Source: Dimorphilus gyrociliatus
Taxonomy: Eukaryota; Animalia; Annelida
Assembly (NCBI GenBank): GCA_904063045.1
Contig: CAJFCJ010000002.1
Location: 1,758,422 to 1,822,421 of the forward strand
DNA length: 64,000 bases
Reading direction: 5' to 3'
A model generated the notes under the pieces. That model had not been told where the DNA came from. It searched no databases and saw only the letters and a list, made by a program, of their open reading frames with translations. This document shows, one piece after another, positions 40,652 through 54,904 of this stretch. Every line of letters begins with the position of its first letter. The stretch's first letter is position 1. Both the position numbers and the translations under genes were made by a program.

Positions 40652-43600
40652 TTATATGGCCGTATAGAATTGATAGGTTCGATTGTCATATAAAGGCCTT
40701 CCTACATGATTTGATTCAATAATTTTGCTTAGTCTCTTATTCTCAGTTTCCAAGTCGAAATTGCATTTTCTCAACTCTTCGTAGCGTTCCTTAAAATGAC
40801 TTAGATCTTGTTTTAAATCGTTAAAATCCTGAAGAAGAGAGTCGTTTCTTTTCTGAAAATCTTGCAGTTTGACGACAATAATGTGCCATTTTTCGTCCCA
40901 GGACATTCTCGAATGCATAATTTTTGTAATAGTTTCTGTGATAGTTATTTTAATTGATATTTTCTCGGAAGACACGTCATGAGGCTTTGTAAAGCTTAAA
41001 TTGTGAACACTACTTCTAGCAGGCATAGTGTTCCTAAAGCTCGAATTGTGGCTTTCAAGAGGCAGAGTTCTTCGAACAGGGTTAACAACTCCTCTTACTT
41101 TCTGTCTCATTACAGGACCACCATTTTGAGACGGTTCGCTGGGTGCAATAAACTCCTTTCGCTTGGATACTAAAGGAGTACAATTTGTGGAGCGGGACTG
41201 AATTTCTCGACTAGTGGGAGGTTCTTCTCGAAATGAGGAACTACGTTGAAATAAACTGTTTGCAGATTTCGCAAACATATCTTGATTTTTATACATTTCT
41301 ATTTGCCTCTTTAAATCATCTTTTTCTTTTATATTTTGACTGTTTTCAATCTCCAATTGTTCGTGTTTTTGTTGTATATCGAGGTACTCTTTCTGCAGAT
41401 TTTCTAATTCTGAGTATAAATTCGTTTTTGCAGATTTTAAGTTATCTATTTCTTGAATATGCTCTTTCTCTACTTGCTTTCGAACACATATTTTTGCATT
41501 TGTCACTTCTTGTTGTAATTTTGTCAAAGCTTTTTTCTCAAATATTTCATTATTCTTTTCAAGATTATCTTTTGTGTGACGTAAATCAGCTTCAAGAGAT
41601 TTGATCCTCTGTTTCAAGTCCAAGTTTTCGACGGTTAATTTCTCATTGTTCTTCATATCAGACTGATCTTTCGAGTCATTTCTTTCCAGCTTATTAACTT
41701 CTAAAATTTTGTTCTTTTCTTTGGAAATTGCTGTTTCTTTTCTTAAATCATCGAGTTGAATTTGTAAGCTGTTATTACGTTCAGTTAATCTGTTAATTTC
41801 ATTCCTCTGTGACTCTATTGATCGCTTTTGTGTTTCCACAACGATTAGTTCTTTTTGTACACTTTCCAAATCTTTTTCTAACGAGGATTTGACAGTTTTA
41901 AGGCTATCTACTTCGTCTTTACATTTTCCCTCTATTTGTTGTCGAACGTTAGCTTTGGTTTTAGCAATCTCTTCTTGAAATTTCTTTAGAGCTTTTATTT
42001 CGAATTTGGCCTTTTCTTCTCTTTCTTCCCGTAATTCGTTTTCTAGGGCTTCGACTCTTCTTCTCAATTCTGTATTCTCTATTTCTATTTCAGTTATCGA
42101 AAAACTTTGTTGGAGTTCTTCGGATAGCGGCCTTCCATTGAGAGCAGCTCCATTTAATGATGAAAGAGAAGCTAAACTTCTCATCTTTGGCCTATTCTGA
42201 GAATCATTCAAACTGTTGACTTCCATTTCCAACATAGCATTTTCCTCCAAACACTTTTTCATATTAATTTCTAGATCTTCTTTTTCCTGTAAAAATTATT
42301 AATAAATTTATAACATATACATGAATTTAACCTATAAAATAAAATATACATACAGTAATAAGTATTTCGATGCGAGACGACTTTGAATCCGATTCCCTTC
42401 GTAAATTTTCCAAACGACTTTTATTTTTACTTAAATCGTTCTCTAGTGAATCTTTTTGTTTCAATATCATATCTATTTCTTTCCTGAGATCCTAAAAAGC
42501 GTTTATAAATTTTAATAAGACATTAATATATTGCTTCAGGTATTTAACGTACATCGACAGTTGTTTTGTAGTAATCGAATTCGTTGAGTTTGTTTTTCAG
42601 TTGGCAATTCTCTTTTTCAAATTTCTCCAATTTAATGATTTGCTCTTTTAGAACGTCCATTTCGTCTCGATACTTCCTTACTGAAGTGGCATCTTTTGTC
42701 AGAGATAAGTTATTGTTTCTTAACAATTCGATATTCTTCTCCAGGTCATTAAGCTGTTCTTGTAAAATTGAGTTTACTTTCGTCTTTTCTTCGCTGAAAA
42801 ATCATTTTCGATTTATTGCCTAAGTATAATATACGGGTAGTATGGGAAAATTTATTCAATTTTATTGAGTTATTCTCTGCTCAAGTAGCCAATGCGTCAA
42901 GAAAATCATTTCAATAGCATCAAAAGCTACTAGTTGACATGTTTCCACACTGAAGTTTGATACTTACACTTCGTTGTCGAGAAATGTACATCTCTTCCTC
43001 TTTTCCCTCAACTCTTCCATAACGGCAAACTCTTTAAATGCGGTTGGAGCTGTCAAAAATCCCTTTCTTTTTTCCAAAGTATTTTTGCAGAAATCTCTCT
43101 CTAATTTAAGCTCATAAAACCTCTGAAGTGTTCAAATTTCCAATTAATAAACAGCCATATTAGCAAAGGAATTGGTATTTACTTGTAAGCTATTGTTTCT
43201 GTGACGTATTGTATTGGCTAAGGTTAATTTTAATTTTTCTGCGACTTCTCGCAAGTCGTCTTGTTCCGACAATATATCATTGGGTATCACATAACTGAAA
43301 TTTTTTCCGTCCGTCAACTGAAAAACATTTTCGTTTCGGTTTAATACAGTAGGAAAGAGTTCATCATACTTTAACTTAAACGCAAAATTTTAATATATCC
43401 CAAGACTATGGACTTTTTCTGTCTTATTTACAGAATAGTCGAGGCTATTTCGGGAGTAAATCTCACAGTTTTTAAGGAAAATGTCAAAGGTTTTTTTTAC
43501 TTCAAATAAGGAAAGAAGTTGTTAAACTTTGATTTGTTTAAATAATTGTGAGAAAATTTCTCTTTCAATACCGACTATAATCTCTTATTTAGTTTAATCA

Positions 43601-45867
43601 TCCCCTTATTCGTTGACCAGAATAGAGCTTTCATTAATAACAGATAACAGACACGTTATTGTTTATTACCTTTATTGAAATTTCAGATAGAGATAATTCA
43701 TAAATGAAAGGCCCAAAAACAAGACAACATTTATTATTTTATAGTAAACTCTAATTTAAAGTAGTAAATAACTATCGTTATGACTACGTAAATAGATCTT
43801 AAGAAAATCACGTTATTAAAAATACGTTGACCAGTTAAATCGAGAGCCTTTTTTTTATCTTAAAGCTTTTAAGTAAACCAAATGGGGCGAATTTATTCGG
43901 TACAGGCCTATTTAAGGCTAAAATCAACCTGATTATACCTCTTACTTTTTATCATAACAATGAATAAAATACATATTTTACTAACCTGCTTAATATGATT
44001 CATAAGAGCTTGTTGCGTCCCTTCTTCCAACTGCAATATTTTTCCGACATATTCTTGACGCTTTTCGCATTGAACAGCACAGCCTAATAGTAAAAGTACT
44101 GTTTTCTCCAGAGACTTGAGAGCAGTATCTGTAAAAGTAAAACATTTTCATTTGATATTTGAAGGAATTAACGGTGCAGACGGCAGACTAAATAATCATA
44201 AGCAAACATGTGTGACAAATAACAATACTAGGCTGTTTGAATAAGGACAATACGTTTGGCGTTTTGTTCGACATATAGTTATAATAGGCCGTTTGACAGT
44301 CTTCGAAAATGATATATTACCTAAATTGGTACCTTTATCGACTTTGCCTCATTTGTAATATCAAAATAACCTACAGAGCATACATCAATAGCAAGTGCTT
44401 ATTTTAATATATTTAACAGTAATTGCTTTTTTTGAAAACTTTTACGGTTAACGAACACGCATAGTTGAAAATAATAAAAAGATATTTTAATCGTACGAGA
44501 GCAGCGTGTGCGCTATATTATTAAAGTAAATAAACGTACTTTGTCATGTACTATTTTATCAAATATAAAAAAATAGTTTAGTCTGAAGATAATGCAATTT
44601 ATCTCCTGAAGAATTCATACAAAATTGATATAGCTTTCATTCAAAAATTAATAAACTAATCATAGAATACACCACCCACCAGTTCAAATTGAATGAATAG
44701 CTTTGAGAACTGATTCGCTAACATAAATTTTCTGGACAGCTTTTCCCTTGTATCATTTTGGGGTCTACCGCTGTTATACTTTGTTGAAAAGTCTTTTGAA
44801 ACTTTGTCAATTAACAATGATATTTGCAATTCTAATTGTACCTAAAAAGCAACCTCTAGATATGTTTTAAACAAATATACTTTGAGTTGAAGTCGACTAT
44901 TAGTCTCAAAATTTAAACAAATACAAAATATATCGTTATCATGAGATACACCGATTCTCATATCAAACTAAACTTTGTATGATATCAATATTAAACATGA
45001 ACTAATTTATCTAAGTTTTTCATGTGGTAAAAATATAAATACAAACCTTTAGTTGGTGTTTGAATAATCGATGCAACGTCTGGTAGTTCTGTAACTACAG
45101 TTTGTTGTAGAATTTCCTAAATTAAAATAGAACGTTAAGCCGATTTTCTATACTAATTGCAGCTTTCCTCTCACCTCATAAAAAGCAGTAATCTTAAAAA
45201 GAAGACCGGTTAAATTAACTAATTTGGCGTTTGAGTCCTTATTGATTCTTTCAACAATCCCTGGTAAATCTCTTTCGTCGCTAACAGAATAAATATAATA
45301 GACTACAATCGATTAACTATTAAGAGATATATTACATCAATGAATATACGTCATTTAAGTAAACTCCATCTGCCAAGTCATAAATATCCAACTGATCACT
45401 AAGACTAAAAGACATTACCTGTAAATAAAAATTGCAAGGTAACCGGATTCAATAAACAGAGAACATTACATAGCACTTCAACCATAGACTATCCTATTTA
45501 TAAATACAAGTTAGATGTTAAAACTTTGGATCGGCTTTAAAAAATTTATGTCCTTGAAAGACAATGGACGTAATCATTGTTAACGTTCTTAACATAGACT
45601 GAGACTGATAAGGACGAAAAACTAAAATTTACTATAAAGCCTTTATTCAGCTTTGCATTATGTATTTACTTCAACATCTTAAAAAATTAGTTTTCTTCTA
45701 AGATTGATTGATTAATCATACTAATTAGATTAAATAAGTTTACATTATAATTTTCTTAACTAAAAAGCACTAGTAAATTCTTCATCTCGAATGAATTTTA
45801 TAGTTTAAAAATTGTTTACCCATGTTATAAGAGGACTTTCCATAAAATCTTGAACGCTTCGTTCCAT
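40652..45867 (-). CDS. CCDC88 (Girdin/Daple)-like HOOK-domain coiled-coil protein, multi-exon
   Basis: MERSVQDFMESPLITW|V, DLADGVYLN and VLLLLGCAVQCEKRQEY..KI..L match the Girdin N-terminal HOOK/CH domain, followed by a long coiled coil. The 3' end is taken from the large last-exon ORF. Confidence 0.85.
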
Positions 45868-46129
45868 CTTGGTTCTTGCACTCAATACCAAATGCTAAAT
45901 AAGTTGAATCAATAGACTTGAAATGCACATATGTGTTTCGTCAATTAATCCTTGTTAGAAATATCAATGTGACAAAGCACGAAAATTCAAACGGTCCGCC
46001 GCAACGTCTGAATGGAAAATGACTGCGGAGAGCGCATGCTTGAACGAAATCTCACCAATCAGGTCGCTCATACCTATCGTTCAACACCTGGCCATATTTA
46101 TATATACAATACGTATTACATATAACATT

Positions 46130-46143
46130 CACTAGAGGGCGCT
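46130..46143 (+). promoter_or_regulatory. CTCF-like motif CACTAGAGGGCGCT
   Basis: Near-perfect match to the CCASYAGRKGGCRS core, between the RPS27A 3' end and the CCDC88 promoter. An ACCAATCAG (NF-Y) box lies at ~46054. Confidence 0.5.
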
Positions 46144-46203
46144 TTGGTATAAATTATAAAACGATTGAAAATTCAAATTTAATTTCTCGTTTCTGTATTC
46201 ATG

Positions 46204-46864
<661 letters not shown>

Positions 46865-47145
46865 GGTGCCGCCTATTAAATAATTAATTAGATACTATGT
46901 AACGCGAATACAATTTGTCTTTAAATTCTGTTAAACACCATGCACCTTGACACGTGGTATTTTATAAATGACTTTTTTCTCGTAATTTCGAAAGCAGTTG
47001 TCATATAATAATTACTAAACCTTATCAGTATAATTTTTGTTATAATTTGAAGCTAAATTTGGGCAGTTTTATGCCTTTTGACTACTTTAAAATGAAAAAA
47101 ATTGACTTACCGTCGGTGTTTTCACAACTATGGCGGATTCAAACC

Positions 47146-47156
47146 GGAAAAGGAAG
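47146..47156 (-). promoter_or_regulatory. 5'TOP/TCT pyrimidine initiator of RPS27A
   Basis: Minus strand CTTCCTTTTCC, followed by a short non-coding exon ending at a GTAAGT donor (47110). The intron ends at 46873, 8 nt before the ATG. Confidence 0.7.
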
Positions 47157-47246
47157 TTTCCTATGTTTTCTTGTAATTTAGTGCGAGTCTTACTATTTCC
47201 GTGCGATACTAATTCTGTTATACCACGAAATATAACTTTTAAACTA

Positions 47247-49259
<2,013 letters not shown>

Positions 49260-49453
49260 ATTCTGTACCAATTGGATGACATAGAAAATCATAATTTGAT
49301 AAGGTTTCCGACATTATTTACTTTTAGTATTTTATTTTTCTATATTGATATATACTATTATTGATAACCGAATTTTTTCTCTCAGTACTTAATAATATTT
49401 AATAAAAGCATATTTATAACGTTCTGATTATTAAATTGTATTCTATATTGGTA

Positions 49454-50473
49454 TTAACGATTTGTTTGAGTAATAATAATTTTAATAACTTTATTTTTAC
49501 TTGTACAATTATATGTAAATATCTTCAATATTTCTGCTCTAAAATTATCGCTAAATAGACAATATAAAATAAAATTAATAGATGAATTTGAAATATTGAA
49601 GATTGAAGCTATCAATTCCGCAACTTCCCAACTGCTATTTGGTATTTGATTATCGCTTTGTAAGCATGGATCTTTTTTTCTGCTCCATCCAGCTATTACT
49701 AGTATGCACTTTGGCAAATTTAAAATCATATAGATAATTACAATAGCAATTAATAATATTGTTAGCGATCTGTTGTGGCTATTTGCCCTAGCGGCATGAG
49801 TAGAGCTGACTATTGCTATTCTTACTTTTGTAGCAATTCTTAATTGACGAATTAAGAGAAAATTAATGATGGCTAGAGCACTCCACGGTATAATATACCA
49901 AAAAATTGGCAATAAGAACGAATGAAAAGCACATATATAACCTTTTAAGTTATCTTTAAGGTTGGCTGTAACAAGTTTTCCAATAATAGGTAGATCCCAC
50001 GTTTGCAAGTCATACGCAATCCAGTTAGGAAAAGTTAATACTAACGGAAAGCCAATAATAAAGGTAATAATACACACATGATTGAATTTACTTAATGTTC
50101 TTGAGTAGAAGGGTGATTTGACGGCAAGGTATCTTTGAATAGTTAAAGCAACTATAACTAGACTTGTTATTCCAAGCGATGTCCAATGAATGGGATTTAT
50201 GTATAGAGAAAGATAAGGTTCAATTTGAAATGTTACTCTTAAATATTCAAAATCGCTTAAGTTTAATAAATAAACTCTATAACGAATTATCGATGTACAA
50301 AGAACCATTAAATCAGAAGACACCAGTATTTGAAGATATCTTGTTGTTATTTGACTTCTTAAACTTTTTCGACATAAGATAGAGATCGTTAAAATATTCC
50401 CAAAAAGACCAATAGCTGTTAAAATTGCTATTGCAATCCGAACACGATTAACTATGTCGACGTAGTAAGTCAT
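49454..50473 (-). CDS. Class A peptide GPCR (FMRFamide/sex-peptide-receptor-like), intronless
   Basis: Seven hydrophobic segments, GN in TM1, SD in TM2, QRY at the TM3 end, NSSINFILYC in TM7. ATG taken at 50473. Confidence 0.85.
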   Translation of the reverse strand: MTYYVDIVNRVRIAIAILTAIGLFGNILTISILCRKSLRSQITTRYLQILVSSDLMVLCTSIIRYRVYLLNLSDFEYLRVTFQIEPYLSLYINPIHWTSLGITSLVIVALTIQRYLAVKSPFYSRTLSKFNHVCIITFIIGFPLVLTFPNWIAYDLQTWDLPIIGKLVTANLKDNLKGYICAFHSFLLPIFWYIIPWSALAIINFLLIRQLRIATKVRIAIVSSTHAARANSHNRSLTILLIAIVIIYMILNLPKCILVIAGWSRKKDPCLQSDNQIPNSSWEVAELIASIFNISNSSINFILYCLFSDNFRAEILKIFTYNCTSKNKVIKIIITQTNR

Positions 50474-51253
50474 TTCGTTGACTGAGAGGAGAAAAATGTT
50501 GTTCTTTTTTCTTACTTTCCACACAACTTACGACTTATGACGTCTATTTGCCAACTTCAGATAAGAAATTATGTACAATAAGTTTTTATTCAAATTATTC
50601 CTTAGAACGCACTTAGGCTACTCGTATACTCGTATCTCTTCTATTTCTTTACAATTGAATATTCAAAATTCAGTCCAATATATTTATAAGGAGAGATAGT
50701 TTTAATTTGTTTCCTAATTTCGTTATATGATAAACATGGAACATAATTTGAATTGTTGTCAATTAACGGGATTTATTATAAAGTAAATTATATGAATGGA
50801 AAATAATAGTAGATATTTTTATAAATAACTTTACGTTTTTATTGTCGAACTTTATGACTTTTGACAAGAGATTTACACTTATTGCACACGTTGGCTAGAG
50901 ATAAAAGTCCTTTAACAATAATTTTTAAAGGTGAAATTTTTAATTAATATATAACAGCCGTTTCTCCGAATACTTCTTTGCAAGTTTTACTTAACTTTTT
51001 GCTTAAATTCGACTATTTACAAATTTTGTCAACCGTGAAACTTCATAAAAGTTCTCATTGGTTCTTCCTGCGGTACTAATATCACGTGATCACAATAATC
51101 AGCAGACAACATTGTACCGTATTTATCAACTTTTGTTTCATTTTGATACAGCAAAGTAAGTCTGTTTCAAGCTTTTTTCCCTTTTGATCAGTTAGTGATT
51201 TTAATTTTATTTACTTGTCCATTATTTGCAGAACGAAATAAAGGTTTCAAACA

Positions 51254-54200
51254 ATGGAGAATTCTAAGGTTCCAACTATTCCTACTTTGGATGAAATTTT
51301 GAAAGATTTTCCTCCAGGACCATTAGATGTTTATCGCAAAAAAGCATCTTTCGATTGGAAAAAACTAAAATTACATATTCACGGTGAAGATTACCTTAAA
51401 TTTCAGGTGAGATACGTTTACTTTTGTAAATATTTTAAGCAAGTTTTATTTTGTCCCAGTAAATGAACCTTGAAAAAAGTTTTTGTTACCTTATTGAATC
51501 TCAAGGTCGTGATAGGGGGCAAGATAAAGATTTCTTGAAATTTTATTGTCAATATCAGTAGTTTTTGTATTGATAAAATTGACAAAAAAAGAGTAATTAA
51601 TATATTGTTATCGAGTTAACTAATATAGTTTATATCTTTAAAAGCGAAAAAGTAGAGCTTTTAAAAGTTCTATAGATGGAATGTAAATATTTATTAATTA
51701 CTCTAAATTTAAATGCATTTTTAAGGAAAAATATAAACTCAAAGGAAAATATGCATATAATTTATAGTATGCTGTTTGGAATGCCTTGGAAAATGATCCC
51801 ATTTTTTACCATTCGGATAAATCAATAAGTTTAGAAGAAGAACGTGAAAGAACGTTTAATCGAGTGAAGCGTCTCTTCGAATATGATTTTGGTAATAGCG
51901 AAGCAGCGGGTAATTGTGGGCCAATGGCTGGTCATGCATCAGTATGCACACTGTTGCCTGTAGACGGGTCTATGAATACGCGATATGGATTGAGTGTCTT
52001 TGTACGTAAACTTATTTCTCTTTTTTTTCAAAACAGTACACTATTTGGAATGCTCTTGAAAATGATCCAACATTCACTCGCAATATTGGAAGTTTAACCT
52101 TAGAACAAATCCGAAAAAATTCAGACAATCATGTTAAACGATATTTTGAATATGATTTTTTAAATGATGACGATATTGCCAACAATCCACTTCTGGTTGT
52201 CGCTCACATTGGAGCATTATCTAGCTATGATCCAAGTTCCTATGCTAAAAATATGCTCAATAGAGAGGTTTCCATTCTCAATAAATTAAGCCAATTAATT
52301 TCCATTTAAATGCAATAAAAAGCATCTTATTTTTTGAGTAATTTTATATATTCATATCAAAATCTAATTCAGATGTTCGGAAGAACAACTAGAACTGCTG
52401 GTTCCGAAAGACATAAAGAATATTTTGATGATGTTACAAACTTTCAAGTAAAAATATATTTCTTTAATTTATTTTCGCTAGATTGACATTAATTTTTTTC
52501 ATAGAAATTTGGATGTTTTGCTTTAACCGAATTGAGCCACGGATCGAATACAAAAGCAATGAGAACTACTGCAACGTATGATCCATCTACTGAACAGTTC
52601 ATTCTAAATACGCCGGATATCGAAGCAACGAAAATTTGGGTAGGAAATCTTGGTAAAACAGCTACTCACGCCGTTGTCTATGCCCAATTAATTACTCCAG
52701 ATGGAGTGAATCACGGACTTCATTCATTTGTTGTTAAAGTTCGAGATGAAAGAACACTTCTGGCTGTTCCTGGCGTTATTGTTGGTGATATGGGAGAGAA
52801 AATAGGCTTAAATGGTATTGATAACGGATTTGTAGCTTTCAATAATGTACGAATCCCAAGAGAAAACCTTTTAAATAAAACTGGAGACGTTACTTCAGAG
52901 GGAAAGTATGTTACTCCTTTCAAAGATCCAAATAAAAGATTCGGAGCTTCCCTTGGCGCCTTATCGGGTAGATTATTATTGTTATGATACTATTGTCTCA
53001 GTTAACTTTACATGGTTTTCTTCCAGGTGGCCGTGTTACAATTAACTGTATTTCCGTAACTAACTTGAAATTAGCTATCTGTATCGCTATTAGATATTCA
53101 TGTACAAGGCGTCAATTCGGACCCAAAGAGGGTGTTGAATTGCCTGTAATCGAATATCAAATGCAACAATGGCGATTAATACCGTATTTAGCGGCAGCTT
53201 ACGTTTTGGATGTATTTTCACGTCAATTTTTCATGAATTTTGTTGAATTACAAATTGGATTAATGGCTGGAGATAAATCTGATAGGCAAGATAATTTGGG
53301 AAAAGAATTACATGCTCTATCGTGCGCGTCTAAGGCAGTTCATAGTTGGATTGCAAGAGATGCAATTCAAGAATGTAGAGAAGCTTGTGGAGGTCACGGT
53401 TATTTTAAAAGTAAGAAATTGATCATTTTATTTGAGTAATATCAATTTTTTAAATATCATTTTTCAAATTTATAGTTAACAGATTAGGGGAATTGAGAAA
53501 CGATCATGATCCAAATTGTACTTATGAAGGAGACAACAATGTTATTTTACAGCAAACTAGTAACTACGTTTTGGCAAGCTATGGAGCAGTGAAAAGAGGT
53601 ACAATACTGTCAACTCCCCTGAACGCCTGCGAACCTTTGAATAGATTCAAAACTATTTTGACGTCTACATTCAGACGTAAATCTGATACTGTATCATTAA
53701 ATGAAGTTATAGAGGCTTATGAATGGCTAATATGCTATTTAAGCGAACAGAGCGCCGAAAAGTTGACTTTGGAAAGCAAATCAAATGATTCCTTTACGGC
53801 GAGAAACAATAGTCAAGTCTACTTTTGCCGAACCCTTGCAATTGTAACTTTTGAACACCATCTTTTGAATCGAGTCCGTGAATTTGTTAACAACGAAACC
53901 GAGGATAGTCTCAAACCCGTTTTGTCGCAAATGCTAACACTATTTTCCGCCTGGATTCTGGAAAAACACTTGTCTACTTTATACGAAGGAGGCTATTGCT
54001 CTGGTAAAGACCTAGCAACCTGCGTAAGAAAGACGGTCGTGGATCTTAGCCATAACCTCAAGAACGAAGCTGCAGCACTTGTTGATGCTATCGCTCCACC
54101 AGATTTTGTTCTAAATTCCCCAATTGGCTCTTCCAATGGAGAAGTAAGTTAACTTATAAATTAGTATAAACTCTTATTGATAATAAATTTCGTTAAAAGA

Positions 54201-54322
54201 TTTACAAGAACCTATACAGTGCAATGATTCAAACTCCTGGAGCTTTGGAAAGAACAAATTGGTGGAGAGAATTTTCCAATAAACCAAACGTAGGAAGTTT
54301 GAGACCGGTTTCTAAACTCTGA
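51254..54322 (+). CDS. ACOX3: Peroxisomal acyl-CoA oxidase 3 (pristanoyl-CoA oxidase), multi-exon with duplicated exon 2
   Basis: [78 protein letters not shown]; ends ...PVSKL* (PTS1). Confidence 0.94.
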
Positions 54323-54837
54323 TTCTTTTTTTGTTGATCATCTATTAAATAATCAAATTTAATTAGGTCATAAACACCTGTTGAATTCAATAAAACTAAA
54401 GCGATTTTAATCGTTATTTTATATTGTATGTATGCACTATAAACTTTGAAGAACATCCATATTGGCTATATTTTACTTTATCAGAAGATAATAAAACTAC
54501 CATTTTTCATTATTCATTATTAACGGCAAACGTAAACTTTACAGAATGGAATTTTATACCAAATTCAAGATATTTAAATGACAAACTCCAATTGATCTAT
54601 ATTATCCACTGCATTCGTTAGTGACAATCCATCAAACTTCAATTTAAGTGCGAAATTTCTTTATAGCACAAGCTTTAAGGCACATTACAGCTTCATTTCT
54701 TTTAATATTCTGAGTACTAAAATTCAACAATTTCGTAAAGCATCAAACGAACAGTTAAAGTTACATTATATGAATAACTTGGATTTCTATGGAAAAGCGC
54801 CATCTTTCTTCTCTTTTCATCTGCTAGATGTCGTTGC

Positions 54838-54854
54838 GAAACGAAACCGAAACT
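54838..54854 (+). promoter_or_regulatory. ISRE/IRF-type element upstream of ZNFX1
   Basis: GAAAC-GAAACC-GAAACT. Positions 54843-54854 match GAAANNGAAACT exactly, 50 nt before the ZNFX1 ATG. Confidence 0.55.
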
Positions 54855-54904
54855 AAAAATTTTCTCAATTACTCCTACAGCAATGACTGTTGCCATTTCT
54901 AACG

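Noticed and set aside
44640-44835. ~60-codon open frame after a TTTTTAG in the long CCDC88 intron
   Set aside because: It is phase 0, whereas the flanking exons need phase 1, and it ends in a stop with no matching donor.
50120-50145. GPCR QRY in place of DRY
   Set aside because: QRY occurs in sex-peptide/MIP-receptor-like invertebrate GPCRs, so it is a family trait rather than a novelty.
54440-54810. Protein-looking fragments antisense to the ACOX3-ZNFX1 gap (MALFHRNP..., KLKFDGLSLTNAVDNIDQLEF)
   Set aside because: Multiple stops, no consistent splice path and no recognisable homology. The ATG is better explained as part of a YY1 motif.
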